DNA from: Candidatus Poribacteria bacterium
GTDB lineage: Bacteria; Poribacteria; WGA-4E; PCPOR2b
Assembly (NCBI GenBank): GCA_965116925.1
Contig: OZ220744.1
Span: forward strand, 3,200,001 to 3,264,000
Reading direction: 5' to 3'
DNA length: 64,000 nt
The notes beneath the pieces are model-generated. The model did not search any database. It saw nothing but the letters and a program-made list of their open reading frames with translations, and was not told where the DNA came from. The position numbers were made by a program, and so were the translations under genes. Shown in pieces: positions 30,758-41,517 of this stretch (the first letter of the stretch is position 1; each line of letters opens with the position of its first letter).

Positions 30758-31191
30758 TGTTTTCTCCTTCGTGATTTAAGCACATTCGACTCGAAGCGAA
30801 CTACAATCTCACGGCACATCGCTTGCAAGTTATCATATTTACTAGTCACAACCGCGAGCTGAACGTTCTCATACAACCCACCGGTCCGGGAGCGGACCAA
30901 TTCATCGGCTATCTTTGAATTGTCGAATATCCGCAACGCAGCGACCCCCAACGCTACGTTGTCCGATTCTTTCAACCCGACAATCTGCAACTCGTAGTGG
31001 TAGGGGAACCGGTCGACAACGGTCACATTCGGCAACCGTTCCAACATCTCGACCGTGTGCTGTGCAATCGCCGCATCCAAGCCGTTTTTGCCGGTTGCAT
31101 TCACCCACACCCGAACCTGAAGGGCAGACGGATCGGCTTGTGGGAACGCAAAGATTACCAACCACGCAGTGAAGATGGATCGTAAAAACAT
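30754..31191 (-). CDS. hypothetical exported protein
   Basis: Hydrophobic leader; operon-like spacing. Confidence 0.6.
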   Translation of the reverse strand: MFLRSIFTAWLVIFAFPQADPSALQVRVWVNATGKNGLDAAIAQHTVEMLERLPNVTVVDRFPYHYELQIVGLKESDNVALGVAALRIFDNSKIADELVRSRTGGLYENVQLAVVTSKYDNLQAMCREIVVRFESNVLKSRRRKH

Positions 31192-31201
31192 CGTTTAAGA
31201 A

Positions 31202-31774
31202 TCACCCCTTGATCACGGTGACAAATTGCAGGATCTGCCGAGTCGCATTCCCAGCTGCATCTGCGACAGCAATTTCAATGATGTAGGTTTGTCCGTGAAT
31301 CAATTGTTGTCCTGCAAATACAGTCAGTGTCCCAGTCTGTCCCACCACATTGGAAAGCCAGTTGAGGTTGACCCCAGCCGGATCTGTCAACTTAATAATG
31401 CCTGTCACCGGCTCATTAAAATGGAACTGTAGACCAGTCGCATTGATTGGACCCGGATTCACATTATCTGACCCATGAGTCACCGTTCCGCTAAGCATCA
31501 CCGGCGGTGTCGAATCTACGGCCGGCGGCAGAACATTCACTGTTGGTGGTTGAACCGTTACTGCTGGTGGATGCACGTTCACCGTGGGCGGTTGAACCGT
31601 CACCTCTGTTGGCTGAATGGTTATATCCGGCGGTTGAACCGTTACCTCTGTCGGCTGAATAGTTACATCTGGTGGCTCAACATTTACCACGGGTGCCGGA
31701 GCGATGGGCGTATCTTCTTCAACGCCACAACCAAACAATCCTATCGCCACCAATACTATATACAGAAATCGCAT
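31202..31774 (-). CDS. lipoprotein with a Pro-rich heptad stalk and a C-terminal Ig-like domain
   Basis: Lipobox LFG-C; eight V(T/N)VQPPx-like heptads; DSTPP...FNEPV...Y.I...V.D.AGN. Confidence 0.8.
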   Translation of the reverse strand: MRFLYIVLVAIGLFGCGVEEDTPIAPAPVVNVEPPDVTIQPTEVTVQPPDITIQPTEVTVQPPTVNVHPPAVTVQPPTVNVLPPAVDSTPPVMLSGTVTHGSDNVNPGPINATGLQFHFNEPVTGIIKLTDPAGVNLNWLSNVVGQTGTLTVFAGQQLIHGQTYIIEIAVADAAGNATRQILQFVTVIKG

Positions 31775-31911
31775 TTTTTTCCTTTGCACAGTTTAAGGCT
31801 TGATGTAAGTTTACATCTTTACAAAAAACCCGATAAGAAAGCGTATAGGATATTTTCATCAAAAAAACTTGGAAAGAACGAAAAACAGTATTATGAAAAT
31901 TATTACCAATT

Positions 31912-32012
31912 TATAGTGGATCTTAGAATTAATGAGACACGCCAAACCGGTGCGGTGACAAACCGCACCTACCGGGGGCGAAAGTATCTATTTATTTTTT
32001 GAATTCACCATA
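31912..32012. mobile_element. family-A MITE (reverse orientation) that supplies the stop codon of the adjacent gene
   Basis: TATAGTGGATC...GAATTCACCATA. Confidence 0.75.
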
Positions 32013-32357
32013 AATAGAAACAACAGGTTGAACGTATACCCATGCGTTTATCACATACATCTCATGCACTAGGGGGAACCATGGTAGCACTAATACTTTA
32101 TGCGACTCCCTGCTCCATGTGGGGGTCATATACGCATCCAACTTCGTTAAGTCTTCGTTGCTGAGACCTAGCCAGATTACCCCAGCCACGGTTTCTTCCT
32201 CCGAAGGGAGGACTGTTATTTGACTGTGGACGTTTTCTGCTACCTTGAAACCGGGGAGCCGTCCGTGGATTGGGTCGGTTTCGAGATCACGTTGGATTTG
32301 GGATTCGATAAATTCACGCTGCTTGAATTGCGCATAGGTAAAAAGGTTCAAAATCAC
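31992..32357 (-). CDS. gamma-glutamylcyclotransferase (AIG2-like) fold protein, degenerate
   Basis: LFTYA (normally YG), V.G, L..LDAYM (normally LDxxE); start may be TTG at 32351. Confidence 0.55.
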   Translation of the reverse strand: MILNLFTYAQFKQREFIESQIQRDLETDPIHGRLPGFKVAENVHSQITVLPSEEETVAGVIWLGLSNEDLTKLDAYMTPTWSRESHKVLVLPWFPLVHEMYVINAWVYVQPVVSIYGEFKK

Positions 32358-32569
32358 TCCTCCGTCGGCGGCTACGCTGAAACTGTCACGTAACTGCCTT
32401 GTGCCAATCTATTCTGTGAGAAACCGAGTTTTTTCTTGAAAACTCGGTTTCTGTTGCACGATTTCTTAATATGAGCCTCCGCTTAAAAGAGACAGATAGA
32501 AATACTTAGACTACCTCGCTGCTCTGATTGAAGATAGTCAACCCAAAAATTGTCTTCGATTATATAAAG

Positions 32570-32686
32570 GGGAAACCCTTCCTACCTTCCCTAGTCTCGG
32601 TTTATCGGCCCCAATCCTCGTCCAAGAGGAGCGACAGGCAACACCGAGGATGGTGAAGTGGCCCCCTGCCACGGAAAGGGTTTAAA
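32570..32686 (-). ncRNA. candidate sigma54-dependent structured small RNA or leader (~115 nt)
   Basis: Terminal helix 32573..32582/32673..32683 and inner helix 32607..32620/32645..32663; starts at the predicted +1; no ORF in the track. Confidence 0.45.
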
Positions 32687-32696
32687 CGTTGATAGT

Positions 32697-32712
32697 AGCA
32701 TAAACTGTGCCA
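32697..32712 (-). promoter_or_regulatory. sigma54 (-24/-12) promoter
   Basis: Minus strand TGGCACAGTTTATGCT: GG-N10-GC. Confidence 0.7.
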
Positions 32713-32821
32713 GTGCTTGATCGAACAAGAAAGAATTCTATCAGGGCTGAGAAATCCTGTGATAGACTTGTCTTTGAAGGATATGGATGGGCAAATAGCG
32801 CGCTAGTGGATGGGTTGAAAG

Positions 32822-32947
32822 TGTTGCAAAATACCACAGATGAAATGGATTAAATGGGAGGATATCGGCAGGAAGCCTGTAATGACGCGGGATGCGAGCG
32901 AGTTTGTCTCATAATGATACACTATCCCATTGTCCCATTTTGAGACA
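32822..32947. promoter_or_regulatory. three TGT-N11-ACA boxes, putative enhancer sites of the adjacent activator
   Basis: TGTTGCAAAATACCACA (32822), TGTCTCATAATGATACA (32905), TGTCCCATTTTGAGACA (32931). Confidence 0.6.
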
Positions 32948-33235
32948 ATTGAGAAGCGTTCACTAGGACATAATAGGGCTATTTAGTTTTCTGCTTTTGA
33001 CCGATTCGGAATGACCCGAATCCGTAGGCGGGGCATCTGGTCTCCCCACCGTATCATTGACCAGGAGATCGAACTACGGGAGAATTGAATGACCCTAGGG
33101 ACATGAGTTCATTCTCAATAGTAGTAGGCATACTCCGTATGCCGTACACCGTGATGAGAAAACGAGATGATTCCACTTCCCGGTCATCATGTTTCACGTA
33201 GAGACAAATCGGTTTCAAGCAATCCCTCACGCTCC

Positions 33236-35032
33236 TCAATCCGACTCGGAGAGTTGATACAACTTCAATTTCCGATAAAGAGTCGATCGAGCTATCTTCA
33301 ATGCTTGGGCGGACTTCGCCACATTATTATCCATCACCTTGAGTGCATGAGCCAGTATTTGCCGTTCAACCTCTTCAAACGGCAGGATTTCTGTTGAGTC
33401 GGGGGAAAATAAGATGGGTTGGGACGAAATCAGGGACGAAATCTGTGGGGGCAGGCTGGTTGGTTGTAACAGCTCTGTCGTCTCAAGTAGAACAGCGCGT
33501 TCAATGATGTTTTCCAGCTCGCGTACGTTGCCCGGAAAGTCATACTGCATCAGTAACCGTAAGGCAGCGGGGGAAATCGCTTTTATGGATTTCGTCACTT
33601 TCGCGGCGTATTTTTTTAGAAAATGGTTCGCCAACAGTGGAATATCTTCGTACCGATCTTTAAGTGGAGGAACCGTGATTGGAAAAGTGGCTATCCGATA
33701 GAACAGATCTTTCCGGAAAGTACCCGCTTCCACCGCAGCTTCTAAACTCTGATTTGTCGCTGTCAGCACTCGGATGTCAATTGGGATATTGGCTGTACCG
33801 CCGACCCGCTGGATTCGCCGCTCTTGGAGGACACGCAACAATTTCGCCTGCAGGGGCAATTCCATATCACCAATTTCATCAAGAAAGATGGTCCCTCGGT
33901 TCGCATGTTCAAATTTGCCGATTCGTTTCGTTGTCGCACCAGTGAAAGCACCTCGTTCATGCCCGAACAACTCACTTTCAATCAGTGTTTCTGGAATGGC
34001 AGCGCAATTGACGGTAATAAATGGGCCCGCTTTTCGATTGCTATTAAAGTGGATCGCGCGTGCAACCAACTCTTTACCAGTACCACTTTCTCCTGAAATC
34101 AGCACTGTAATATCACTTCCAGCCGTCCGTTGCATCAACGCGAACATCTGCTGCATGATTTGGCTCTTGCCTACAATTTCATCAAACGAGTGAGGCGTTT
34201 CAAGTTCGTCGCGTAAGATCTCGCGAATAACGCACACACAGGCTATCACCTCTCGATTCTCATCAAATAAGGGGATGGCACTAGCCCTGATGTGAATCCC
34301 CTCCGGCCGTTCCTTATTGCGTACAAAAAGTTCTTGATCTATTATTGCTTCACCCTGAAAAATGCGTGTGGACAGAAGCCGATCGATTGGAACGGGTGTT
34401 TCTTTGTCAGGATAAAAAACACCGTACGCTTCAGACCATTGGCTGGGTAATGGACCGAGGGGCTCCACACCGAACATTTGTTGTATACTTGGATTGATGA
34501 ACAATACGTGACCCGTTAAACTGATGACGACGATACCATCAGACATACTATCAAAAACGGCTTTCATCAGCTGGGTTTGATGGCGTAACTCGCCGATGGT
34601 TTGGTCTGATTGCTCCTCCATCGTTTTATACTGTGTGATATCGCGGAAAGTTATAACGATACCGGTGGCAGTCTCCTTCTCGTCTTTGACGGGGGTGATG
34701 CTATAGTCAATAGGGATTTCTTGGCCAGATTTCGCAATGAGCCGGGTATTATGAGAAAACAATCCCCCAGTGGTAACAGATTCACTTTGGAGTGTCTCGG
34801 TCAAAACCGTATTTTTTATAAGATGCCCTGAGTTTCCAACATAAATATCGAGAATATCCGTTACGTGCTTTCCACCAACTTCTTCCATTTCCCAACCCGT
34901 CAAGACTTCGGCAGCCGGATTCATAAATATTATCAATCCCTTTTGATCCGTGGCAATTACAGCATCACCGATACTGTTGAGAATTGTAGATAGCTGCTCA
35001 TTGCTTTCTGTGTATGCATGCTGTTCTTTCAT
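33236..35032 (-). CDS. sigma54-interacting transcriptional activator (PAS-PAS-AAA+-Fis HTH)
   Basis: Two PAS domains; [39 protein letters not shown]. Confidence 0.95.
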   Translation of the reverse strand: MKEQHAYTESNEQLSTILNSIGDAVIATDQKGLIIFMNPAAEVLTGWEMEEVGGKHVTDILDIYVGNSGHLIKNTVLTETLQSESVTTGGLFSHNTRLIAKSGQEIPIDYSITPVKDEKETATGIVITFRDITQYKTMEEQSDQTIGELRHQTQLMKAVFDSMSDGIVVISLTGHVLFINPSIQQMFGVEPLGPLPSQWSEAYGVFYPDKETPVPIDRLLSTRIFQGEAIIDQELFVRNKERPEGIHIRASAIPLFDENREVIACVCVIREILRDELETPHSFDEIVGKSQIMQQMFALMQRTAGSDITVLISGESGTGKELVARAIHFNSNRKAGPFITVNCAAIPETLIESELFGHERGAFTGATTKRIGKFEHANRGTIFLDEIGDMELPLQAKLLRVLQERRIQRVGGTANIPIDIRVLTATNQSLEAAVEAGTFRKDLFYRIATFPITVPPLKDRYEDIPLLANHFLKKYAAKVTKSIKAISPAALRLLMQYDFPGNVRELENIIERAVLLETTELLQPTSLPPQISSLISSQPILFSPDSTEILPFEEVERQILAHALKVMDNNVAKSAQALKIARSTLYRKLKLYQLSESD

Positions 35033-35315
35033 GTTTGTTCGCCTTTCTTGCTGAAACAATCCGGATTACCGAATTGCGCCGTGCATAGGCAATGCGGAGA
35101 ATTCCCCCGTCACTTCGGTCTAACGCAGTGAGTCGGGTTCCACCGTCGTCTCAACAGGTTCCTTCTTTATCGCAATCAGACAACCAAGGGGGGCACACAG
35201 ACGCATCGCCCTTCGTAGGGGTTGGGTCTCCCAACCCTTTACACATTAGAGATAGCTTCGGACTTCTGTAGGTCGATTTTCCAAAATCGACACCACCACG
35301 TCCTAGCAGCCTGTG

Positions 35316-36323
35316 CTATAATACGTTTTCTTCCGATCCAATTTTAACAATCATCTTGCCCATATTCTCGCCCTTGAAAAGACCGATAAATGCCTGTGGT
35401 GCGCTCTCCAATCCTTCTACGACTGTTTCCTCCCAATGCAGCCTACCTTCGCGGATCCATTGCCGCATATCGGCGTAAAATTCAGGGGTGCGATCCGCAT
35501 AGTCGGTGACGATGAAGCCCTGCAATTTCAGGCGTTTGCCGATAGCGGCGCTGAGATTTTTGGGACCAGGGGTCGGTTCAACATCATTGTAATGCGAGAT
35601 CATGCCACACAAAGGGATACGTCCGTGCATGTTCATCAGCGAGAGCGCAGCTTCGAGATGCGCGCCACCGACATTCTCAAAGTAAATATCAATGCCGTCT
35701 GGACAGTGCTGCTTTAACTCGTCTACTAAGTTATCGCCCCGCTTATAGTTAAAGGCTGCATCGACACCCGCCTTTTCCAACAGCCACTCCACCTTCTGAT
35801 CCGAGCCAGCACTGGCAACCACGCGACACCCTTTGATCTTGGCTATCTGGCACACAATCGCGCCAACCGCGCCGGAGGCAGCGGAAACGAACACCGTTTC
35901 TCCCGCTTTCGGTTCGCCGACATCTAGTAGCCCAAAATAGGCAGTACGTCCCGGCATACCGACCGCACCGATAAAGGATTGGATCGGGGCAAGCGTTGGA
36001 TCAATCTGACTTAGGCTCTCTGCCCTAGCAAGGTAATACTCCCGCCAACCAAGTCCGCCCAATACATAATCTCCAACCTGAAACGATTCGCTCCCCGACT
36101 GAACGACCTGTCCAACACACCCACCTTCCAACGGCACACCGAGCGCGACATTCCTGACAACCCCGCGCATATAGGGATCGACTGACATATAGATATTTCT
36201 TACAAGGACTTCGCCTGCTTTAGGTTCAGCGACCATTACTTCCACAATTTCAAAATCGCTCTCCTTAGGAATGCCGACGGGACGCTGCCTGAGACGGATT
36301 TCGCGGCTTACAATTTCACTCAT
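35316..36323 (-). CDS. NADP-dependent oxidoreductase (prostaglandin reductase/CurA-like MDR)
   Basis: SVDPYMR, GMPGRTAY, SAASGAVG, YFENVGG, GENMGKMIV. Confidence 0.92.
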   Translation of the reverse strand: MSEIVSREIRLRQRPVGIPKESDFEIVEVMVAEPKAGEVLVRNIYMSVDPYMRGVVRNVALGVPLEGGCVGQVVQSGSESFQVGDYVLGGLGWREYYLARAESLSQIDPTLAPIQSFIGAVGMPGRTAYFGLLDVGEPKAGETVFVSAASGAVGAIVCQIAKIKGCRVVASAGSDQKVEWLLEKAGVDAAFNYKRGDNLVDELKQHCPDGIDIYFENVGGAHLEAALSLMNMHGRIPLCGMISHYNDVEPTPGPKNLSAAIGKRLKLQGFIVTDYADRTPEFYADMRQWIREGRLHWEETVVEGLESAPQAFIGLFKGENMGKMIVKIGSEENVL

Positions 36324-36512
36324 CTTTCCCCTCCTCTGTAGTAACCTCCGGTGCGAGTTGGTGAGGTTGTTATTGCCAATTGGTTCATTTTATTTTTACG
36401 TTTCACGTCTTCACGTTTCACGTCTTCACGTTTCACGCTCGATCACTGACCGGAGAACCTATCAACAGTTGAAAACGCGTTCCGTTGGTTAGCATGATTA
36501 GATGATAAAATA

Positions 36513-37385
36513 TCACGCCCAGACGAAAATTTCGTCATCGTCTTCCGAATAGCCGATAAAAGTCGCCAAAACCGTTCTGGGGGCGTTCCCTTCTACCGCA
36601 GCCACTCGGTGGATACAACCGCTGTTGAACAGATAGAAATCGCCCGGTTGAACCTCGATTTGCTGCTGTTCGATCTTGTTTTGGGCAGCGTATTCCTGAT
36701 ACGTGCCATTGGAGAGATGGGAATGCACCTCCGGACTCCAAACGCACCGATCTATAACCGCTTGGGGACTGCTTCCGGCACGGACGGAGTTCTGTATACA
36801 GATGAGACCCGCAAACTGGTGTGTAAAACGGGAGACCTCATAGTTGAACAGCTTGTCATCTAAGCCGACATGGTTGACGTGGGGAACATATTCGTGCCCC
36901 TCATAGTGAATCCGAAATATAGCGGGACCGTAAAGGCGTCCATCGGGTTCACGAGCAACCTTGACCTCCTTGTTCACCGCTAACGCAGAGAGACAATTGT
37001 AGAGGGTATCAACCGGATTATCAAACCCGTCGAAAAGGTGGCTGAAGAGTTCGTGCGTGCTCGCCGAGTGTTCCAGGAAAGCGTCCTTATTTTCCGTTTC
37101 ATCATCTGATACCCTCAGACCGCCGCGTGCGCGGTTAACTAGACTTGAACCGATATCTATTCGGCTTGGCAAGTTCCCGTCCGGGTTAGGCTGCTCTGGA
37201 TCACGTGTCATACCCCGATCAATGAACCGCTGCATGAGTCCATTACAGTGGTCTGGATTATAAGCACCGCGCAGCGCAATACCCGGGATACGAGCGTCCG
37301 CAAGGGCTTGGAGCGGATCAGCCTCATGGTCAAAAACAGTCGCTAGGTCGGGTTCCAGCACCGACCAACTTTCACTAAATGCCAT
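36513..37385 (-). CDS. Fe/2OG oxygenase-like hypothetical protein
   Basis: PHVN...PGDFYLFNSGCIHRV...RTVL jelly-roll pattern. Confidence 0.6.
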   Translation of the reverse strand: MAFSESWSVLEPDLATVFDHEADPLQALADARIPGIALRGAYNPDHCNGLMQRFIDRGMTRDPEQPNPDGNLPSRIDIGSSLVNRARGGLRVSDDETENKDAFLEHSASTHELFSHLFDGFDNPVDTLYNCLSALAVNKEVKVAREPDGRLYGPAIFRIHYEGHEYVPHVNHVGLDDKLFNYEVSRFTHQFAGLICIQNSVRAGSSPQAVIDRCVWSPEVHSHLSNGTYQEYAAQNKIEQQQIEVQPGDFYLFNSGCIHRVAAVEGNAPRTVLATFIGYSEDDDEIFVWA

Positions 37386-37484
37386 TTTATCCCTCCTGTT
37401 AGCCTTACCTAATTCTGTTCAAGAGTTACCCCTCTGTGGGTCGATTTTCCAAAATCGACAGCCTTTCTCACACACGAACCAATG

Positions 37485-37622
37485 TAGGACTTACGCAGTT
37501 GATATAAATATCGCTGCTGCCTTGGTGGGGCGGTGCCTGCTCTCCCAATTTGTAATAGTGGGTACAGGTTGCCTAACCTGTACGGGGGGTGCGATGTTTG
37601 CCAGCGAAGTGTGTAACTCCTA
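37485..37622. mobile_element. family-C MITE with duplication CAATG
   Basis: TAGGACTTACGCA...TGTGTAACTCCTA with CAATG on both sides. Confidence 0.75.
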
Positions 37623-37655
37623 CAATGAACCAATGAACCAACACAGTGTCTCGAC

Positions 37656-39050
37656 CTACACAGACGTTGCCCTCGCCAATGCACCCATCGGATCCCATGC
37701 AGGCAGAACAATCGGTTCCGTTTCGAGCGCATCTTGCAGCTCATCAGGTAGATACGCCTTTCGTGCAGCAATCTCAAACATATACTGATCAAACCAGTTG
37801 TCGTTCATCAGGTAGAATCCCTTGCGCCCACTATCTGCGCCCCAACTGTTTTCAACCCGCCAACGCCGTGGAATCTCTCTGCCGTTCTCCTGGATCACAT
37901 CCACACCCGTAAACAGCATCGCATGGGTCATCAGGGTCTGGTGATACTGGAGCCGCCCCGCTTTATCAAGGGTAAATGGTGTATCGTAGACACCTTCATA
38001 ATCATACAGTTTCGCGTCCCAGAGACCGAGATCGGTTTGCATCATCTTCCCAACATCACACCCCATCCAGACCGGTTCCCCGTCCATAATGGTCTTCATC
38101 GCTATCTGTTTCATGAGGTCGATATCGATATTCAGATATTTGACAATCGCACCGCCCTCGACGTTGCCGAGGCATTCAACCGTGAAGGTTTTGCCGATCG
38201 GACTTGTCGGGCGTGGATCGTGGACAAGGCAGACATAATCATCAACCGGGACGGTGATATATTTCTCTGCGAACTGTTGCGGTGTCATCTCCCCGTCGCG
38301 ATGGAATTCTTTGTCCGCGTCGTTCCACTGCCAATCGAATTGGGTGGGCGGCGTACCGAGATGGATAGAGAGGATGCGGTGGATGACCGTGATAATCTCA
38401 TCTTTGGCATCTAACAGTTCATCGAAACTCGCATCTTTTGATGCCATATCACGAAGCGTCTTCGCGCCTTCGCGCAGCTTATTCAGCAGAATGCGATTCA
38501 TTCGCATTGAGCTTGAGGAACTCTGTGTCTCAGGCATAAATGCTTGGGGGACAAGCCCGTGTTTCTTGATTAGGTTGACGAACATATTCCACTGTCCACC
38601 ATCCTCTAAGGGGCTTTCAAGCAGCCATGCAACGCACCGATCATCTACAGGACGGTCTACCATCTCAATCATCCGCTGCAGAAAATAGTTGGAACGTTCG
38701 AGCTTATCCCAGAAGAAAGTGTAGTTTTGGCTGAACTCAAATTCTTTCAGGTTCATCTTCTTCATCGCACCGACGCGGAACAGGTTCAGCCCAGCGAACA
38801 TCCAACATCTACCGCTACTTTTCTGGTTCGTAACGCTCCAGTCATCTAACACATGGCTAAAGGTGAAGTCGCTGTTAGTAACAATCTGACGGTCAAGGGC
38901 GATGTCATCTACAGCGATCTTACAGACGGCATTCTGCGCCATCCGATAAACCGGGCTACCCTCAAAATCGTTGCGTAATTTTGTGATTCGGTGCGGGGAT
39001 AGTGTCCCGTCTTGCAAACCTTCAAGTGACCTTAATGTATCGGCTGCCAT
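37656..39050 (-). CDS. pepC: aminopeptidase C / bleomycin hydrolase (peptidase C1B)
   Basis: NQKSSGRCW, DGGQW, THAM, ENSWG, C-terminal WDPMGALA. Confidence 0.93.
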   Translation of the reverse strand: MAADTLRSLEGLQDGTLSPHRITKLRNDFEGSPVYRMAQNAVCKIAVDDIALDRQIVTNSDFTFSHVLDDWSVTNQKSSGRCWMFAGLNLFRVGAMKKMNLKEFEFSQNYTFFWDKLERSNYFLQRMIEMVDRPVDDRCVAWLLESPLEDGGQWNMFVNLIKKHGLVPQAFMPETQSSSSSMRMNRILLNKLREGAKTLRDMASKDASFDELLDAKDEIITVIHRILSIHLGTPPTQFDWQWNDADKEFHRDGEMTPQQFAEKYITVPVDDYVCLVHDPRPTSPIGKTFTVECLGNVEGGAIVKYLNIDIDLMKQIAMKTIMDGEPVWMGCDVGKMMQTDLGLWDAKLYDYEGVYDTPFTLDKAGRLQYHQTLMTHAMLFTGVDVIQENGREIPRRWRVENSWGADSGRKGFYLMNDNWFDQYMFEIAARKAYLPDELQDALETEPIVLPAWDPMGALARATSV

Positions 39051-39456
39051 ATCAGTACTCCTATCTGTTGAAATGCAATTGGCTTTTGTGCCCACACAGA
39101 CGGTGTAGGACAATTAATAGTAGTAGGCATACTCCGTATGCCGTAACATTAGTCGCACCAACGAACCAATATATGGTGAAATCTAAAAATAAATAGCCCC
39201 TTTCGCCCCTCGGTTTCGATCCCGATTTAGCGGGGACCTGCCCCTACATTTGGTTGATTTTGTAGGGGCAACCCTCGTGGTTGCCCGACTGACTGCTATA
39301 GGCTAATTTCTTCTGCTCGACTTGGATAGACATATCCAAGTCATCTTGTATTTTGTCGCTCCAGAGGAGCGATATGTCTATAGAATACCGATATTAAGGA
39401 CGCCTGCGCTCCAGAGGAGCGCAATGTGTATAGTAGAGTTGATATCAGGGCAGATC

Positions 39457-40425
39457 CTACGGAATCAACAAAACCTTACCGGTCGTCTGCCTACCTTCTA
39501 ACGCACGGTGTGCATCAGCAGCATCTTGGAGCGGAAACGTCCGATCAATGCGCAGCTTCAATGTACCAGAAGAAATCCATTCAAAGAGATCTCCCGCGCG
39601 TCCCATCAGCTCTTCCCGATCGGCAGCGTGATGCCCTAAACCCGGGCGCGTGATAAACAACGAACCGCTCGACAAACGGCTCAGATCGAACGGAGGCACG
39701 GGCCCACTCGACTGTCCGAACAGAGCCAAATAACCACGGGGACGAAGGCAGCTGAGGCTCTTATCAAAGGTGGTCTTGGCGACCGAGTCGTAGACCACAT
39801 CAACTCCCCGCCCATCGGTTAGGCGTTTAACTTCGGCTTCAAAGTCGGTCTGTGTATAGAGGATGACCTCATCGGCACCAGCACCCTTAGCAAGCTCCGC
39901 TTTCTCCGGCGTGGAGACTGTACCAAATACACGCGCCCCCAACGTCTTAGCCATCTGAATAAGCAGTAAGCCGACTCCACCCGCGGCTGCATGAACCAAT
40001 GCCGTGTCGCCCGTACCAAGTGGATAGGTACTGCGGGTCAGGTAGTGCGCTGTCATCCCTTGAAGCATCGCCGCCGCTGCCGACTGCGTATCAATCGAAT
40101 CGGGTAAAGGAACAAGCACTTGAGACGGCACAATTGCCACCTCGGTGTAGGAACCTTGGTGCATCGCATAACCCACCCGATCTCCCACATTGACCTCGGT
40201 GACACCCGGTCCGATTGCATCAACCACACCCGCACCTTCCATCCCCGGCGTAAAGGGCATGTTGGTACTCGGATAAAGTCCCGTGCGGTGGTAAACGTCG
40301 ATATAGTTTAGTCCCGCTGCTTCGATGCGCACCCGCGCTTCTCCCACACCGGGCTCACTGGCAGAAACTTCTTCATAGCGGAGTGCCTCCGGTCCTCCAT
40401 GTTCATGAATACAAATAGCGTGCAT
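39457..40425 (-). CDS. qor: NADPH:quinone oxidoreductase (zeta-crystallin type)
   Basis: [32 protein letters not shown]. Confidence 0.9.
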   Translation of the reverse strand: MHAICIHEHGGPEALRYEEVSASEPGVGEARVRIEAAGLNYIDVYHRTGLYPSTNMPFTPGMEGAGVVDAIGPGVTEVNVGDRVGYAMHQGSYTEVAIVPSQVLVPLPDSIDTQSAAAAMLQGMTAHYLTRSTYPLGTGDTALVHAAAGGVGLLLIQMAKTLGARVFGTVSTPEKAELAKGAGADEVILYTQTDFEAEVKRLTDGRGVDVVYDSVAKTTFDKSLSCLRPRGYLALFGQSSGPVPPFDLSRLSSGSLFITRPGLGHHAADREELMGRAGDLFEWISSGTLKLRIDRTFPLQDAADAHRALEGRQTTGKVLLIP

Positions 40426-40554
40426 CTGTCTATCTCCTGTTTTGGTTCATTCGTGTATTGGTTCATCAGCGTCGTAGGCGGGGCATCTTGCCCCGCTCGA
40501 AGTAGCCTGTAGGTCAAGTTTCCATACTCGACAATACTAAATCCGAATCGGGGA

Positions 40555-41301
40555 TCAGAGCGCATCGGGAGCCAACTCCCGCATTCGCGCTATCCACCGC
40601 TCGCGCTTCGGATGTCCTTCGGCATTGGCTACCCACGGTCCGTAGTCAACCCCATTGCCGATAATCTGTTTTTGCGTGGCTTCTGCTTCCTCTGGCGTTT
40701 TTGGATTGTTGTAGTAAACCAAGACGCACATCCGGCGATCCACCCCACCGCCCCAACTCGCATGCCAGCATCGTACATCGAAAGCAACCACGTCCCCCGG
40801 CTCCGATTCAAAGATGTAAGCGGGCACATCAGGGATATCGAGTTCCAATGCCTCCATCTTTTGCCGTAATTCCCCGTGAAAGGACGCCTCGTGCGAACCC
40901 GGTATCAACCGCAACGCACCAGTTTCCGCAGTCACCGGTTGTAGGTAGTACGCAAACTTGACGCCGTACTGATGGAGACTTCCGGTGTCGGGATGCCAGC
41001 GCGTATCCCCGACGTAACGGTTAATGTCGGAGGCGATACCGAAGACATCTTCGCCGTAGAGTTGCTCTGCTGCATCGCAGAATCGTGGATCTTCCAGTAG
41101 TGAGGCGAGGAAGGGCGTATCGGTCCCCATCGTTATCAGCCAATGTCGGCGTGTGCCATCGAATGGGTCATCTCGAAACCCTTCCTCCATTGCTGCCTCA
41201 AACTCCGTGTTGATAGTCTTCAGTTCATCTTGGTTGAACAACTGCCGAAAAGTCAGAAATCCGAAGGTCTGAAAGTGATTGATCTGTTTTTGCGTGAGCA
41301 T
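40555..41301 (-). CDS. phytanoyl-CoA dioxygenase (PhyH) family
   Basis: WHPD, IPGSH, PGDVVAFD..CWHAS. Confidence 0.85.
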   Translation of the reverse strand: MLTQKQINHFQTFGFLTFRQLFNQDELKTINTEFEAAMEEGFRDDPFDGTRRHWLITMGTDTPFLASLLEDPRFCDAAEQLYGEDVFGIASDINRYVGDTRWHPDTGSLHQYGVKFAYYLQPVTAETGALRLIPGSHEASFHGELRQKMEALELDIPDVPAYIFESEPGDVVAFDVRCWHASWGGGVDRRMCVLVYYNNPKTPEEAEATQKQIIGNGVDYGPWVANAEGHPKRERWIARMRELAPDAL

Positions 41302-41517
41302 TATATTATTCCTCCCACTCCACATCGCCTAAATGTGCATCGGATTGGTCTCAGTCTGTAGGTCGAGATTCATATCTCGACGGAATACTTTATCTCTTGA
41401 CAGAAATTCTGCTTTAGTATATCCTTTCGGGACTTACAATTCAATCGAAAAAAATCCGTTGTAGATTGTGAATAAACAGAGACCGATGTATCTGATTTCA
41501 TAGATCCATATAAATCT

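Noticed and set aside
32390..32406. Second minus-strand sigma54 promoter (TGGCACAAGGCAGTT)
   Set aside because: No GC or similar at the -12 position
32570..32686. SRP RNA, 6S RNA or tRNA identity for the structured element
   Set aside because: Lacks the SRP helix-8 motif and a tRNA T-loop, and is shorter than typical 6S RNA; left unassigned
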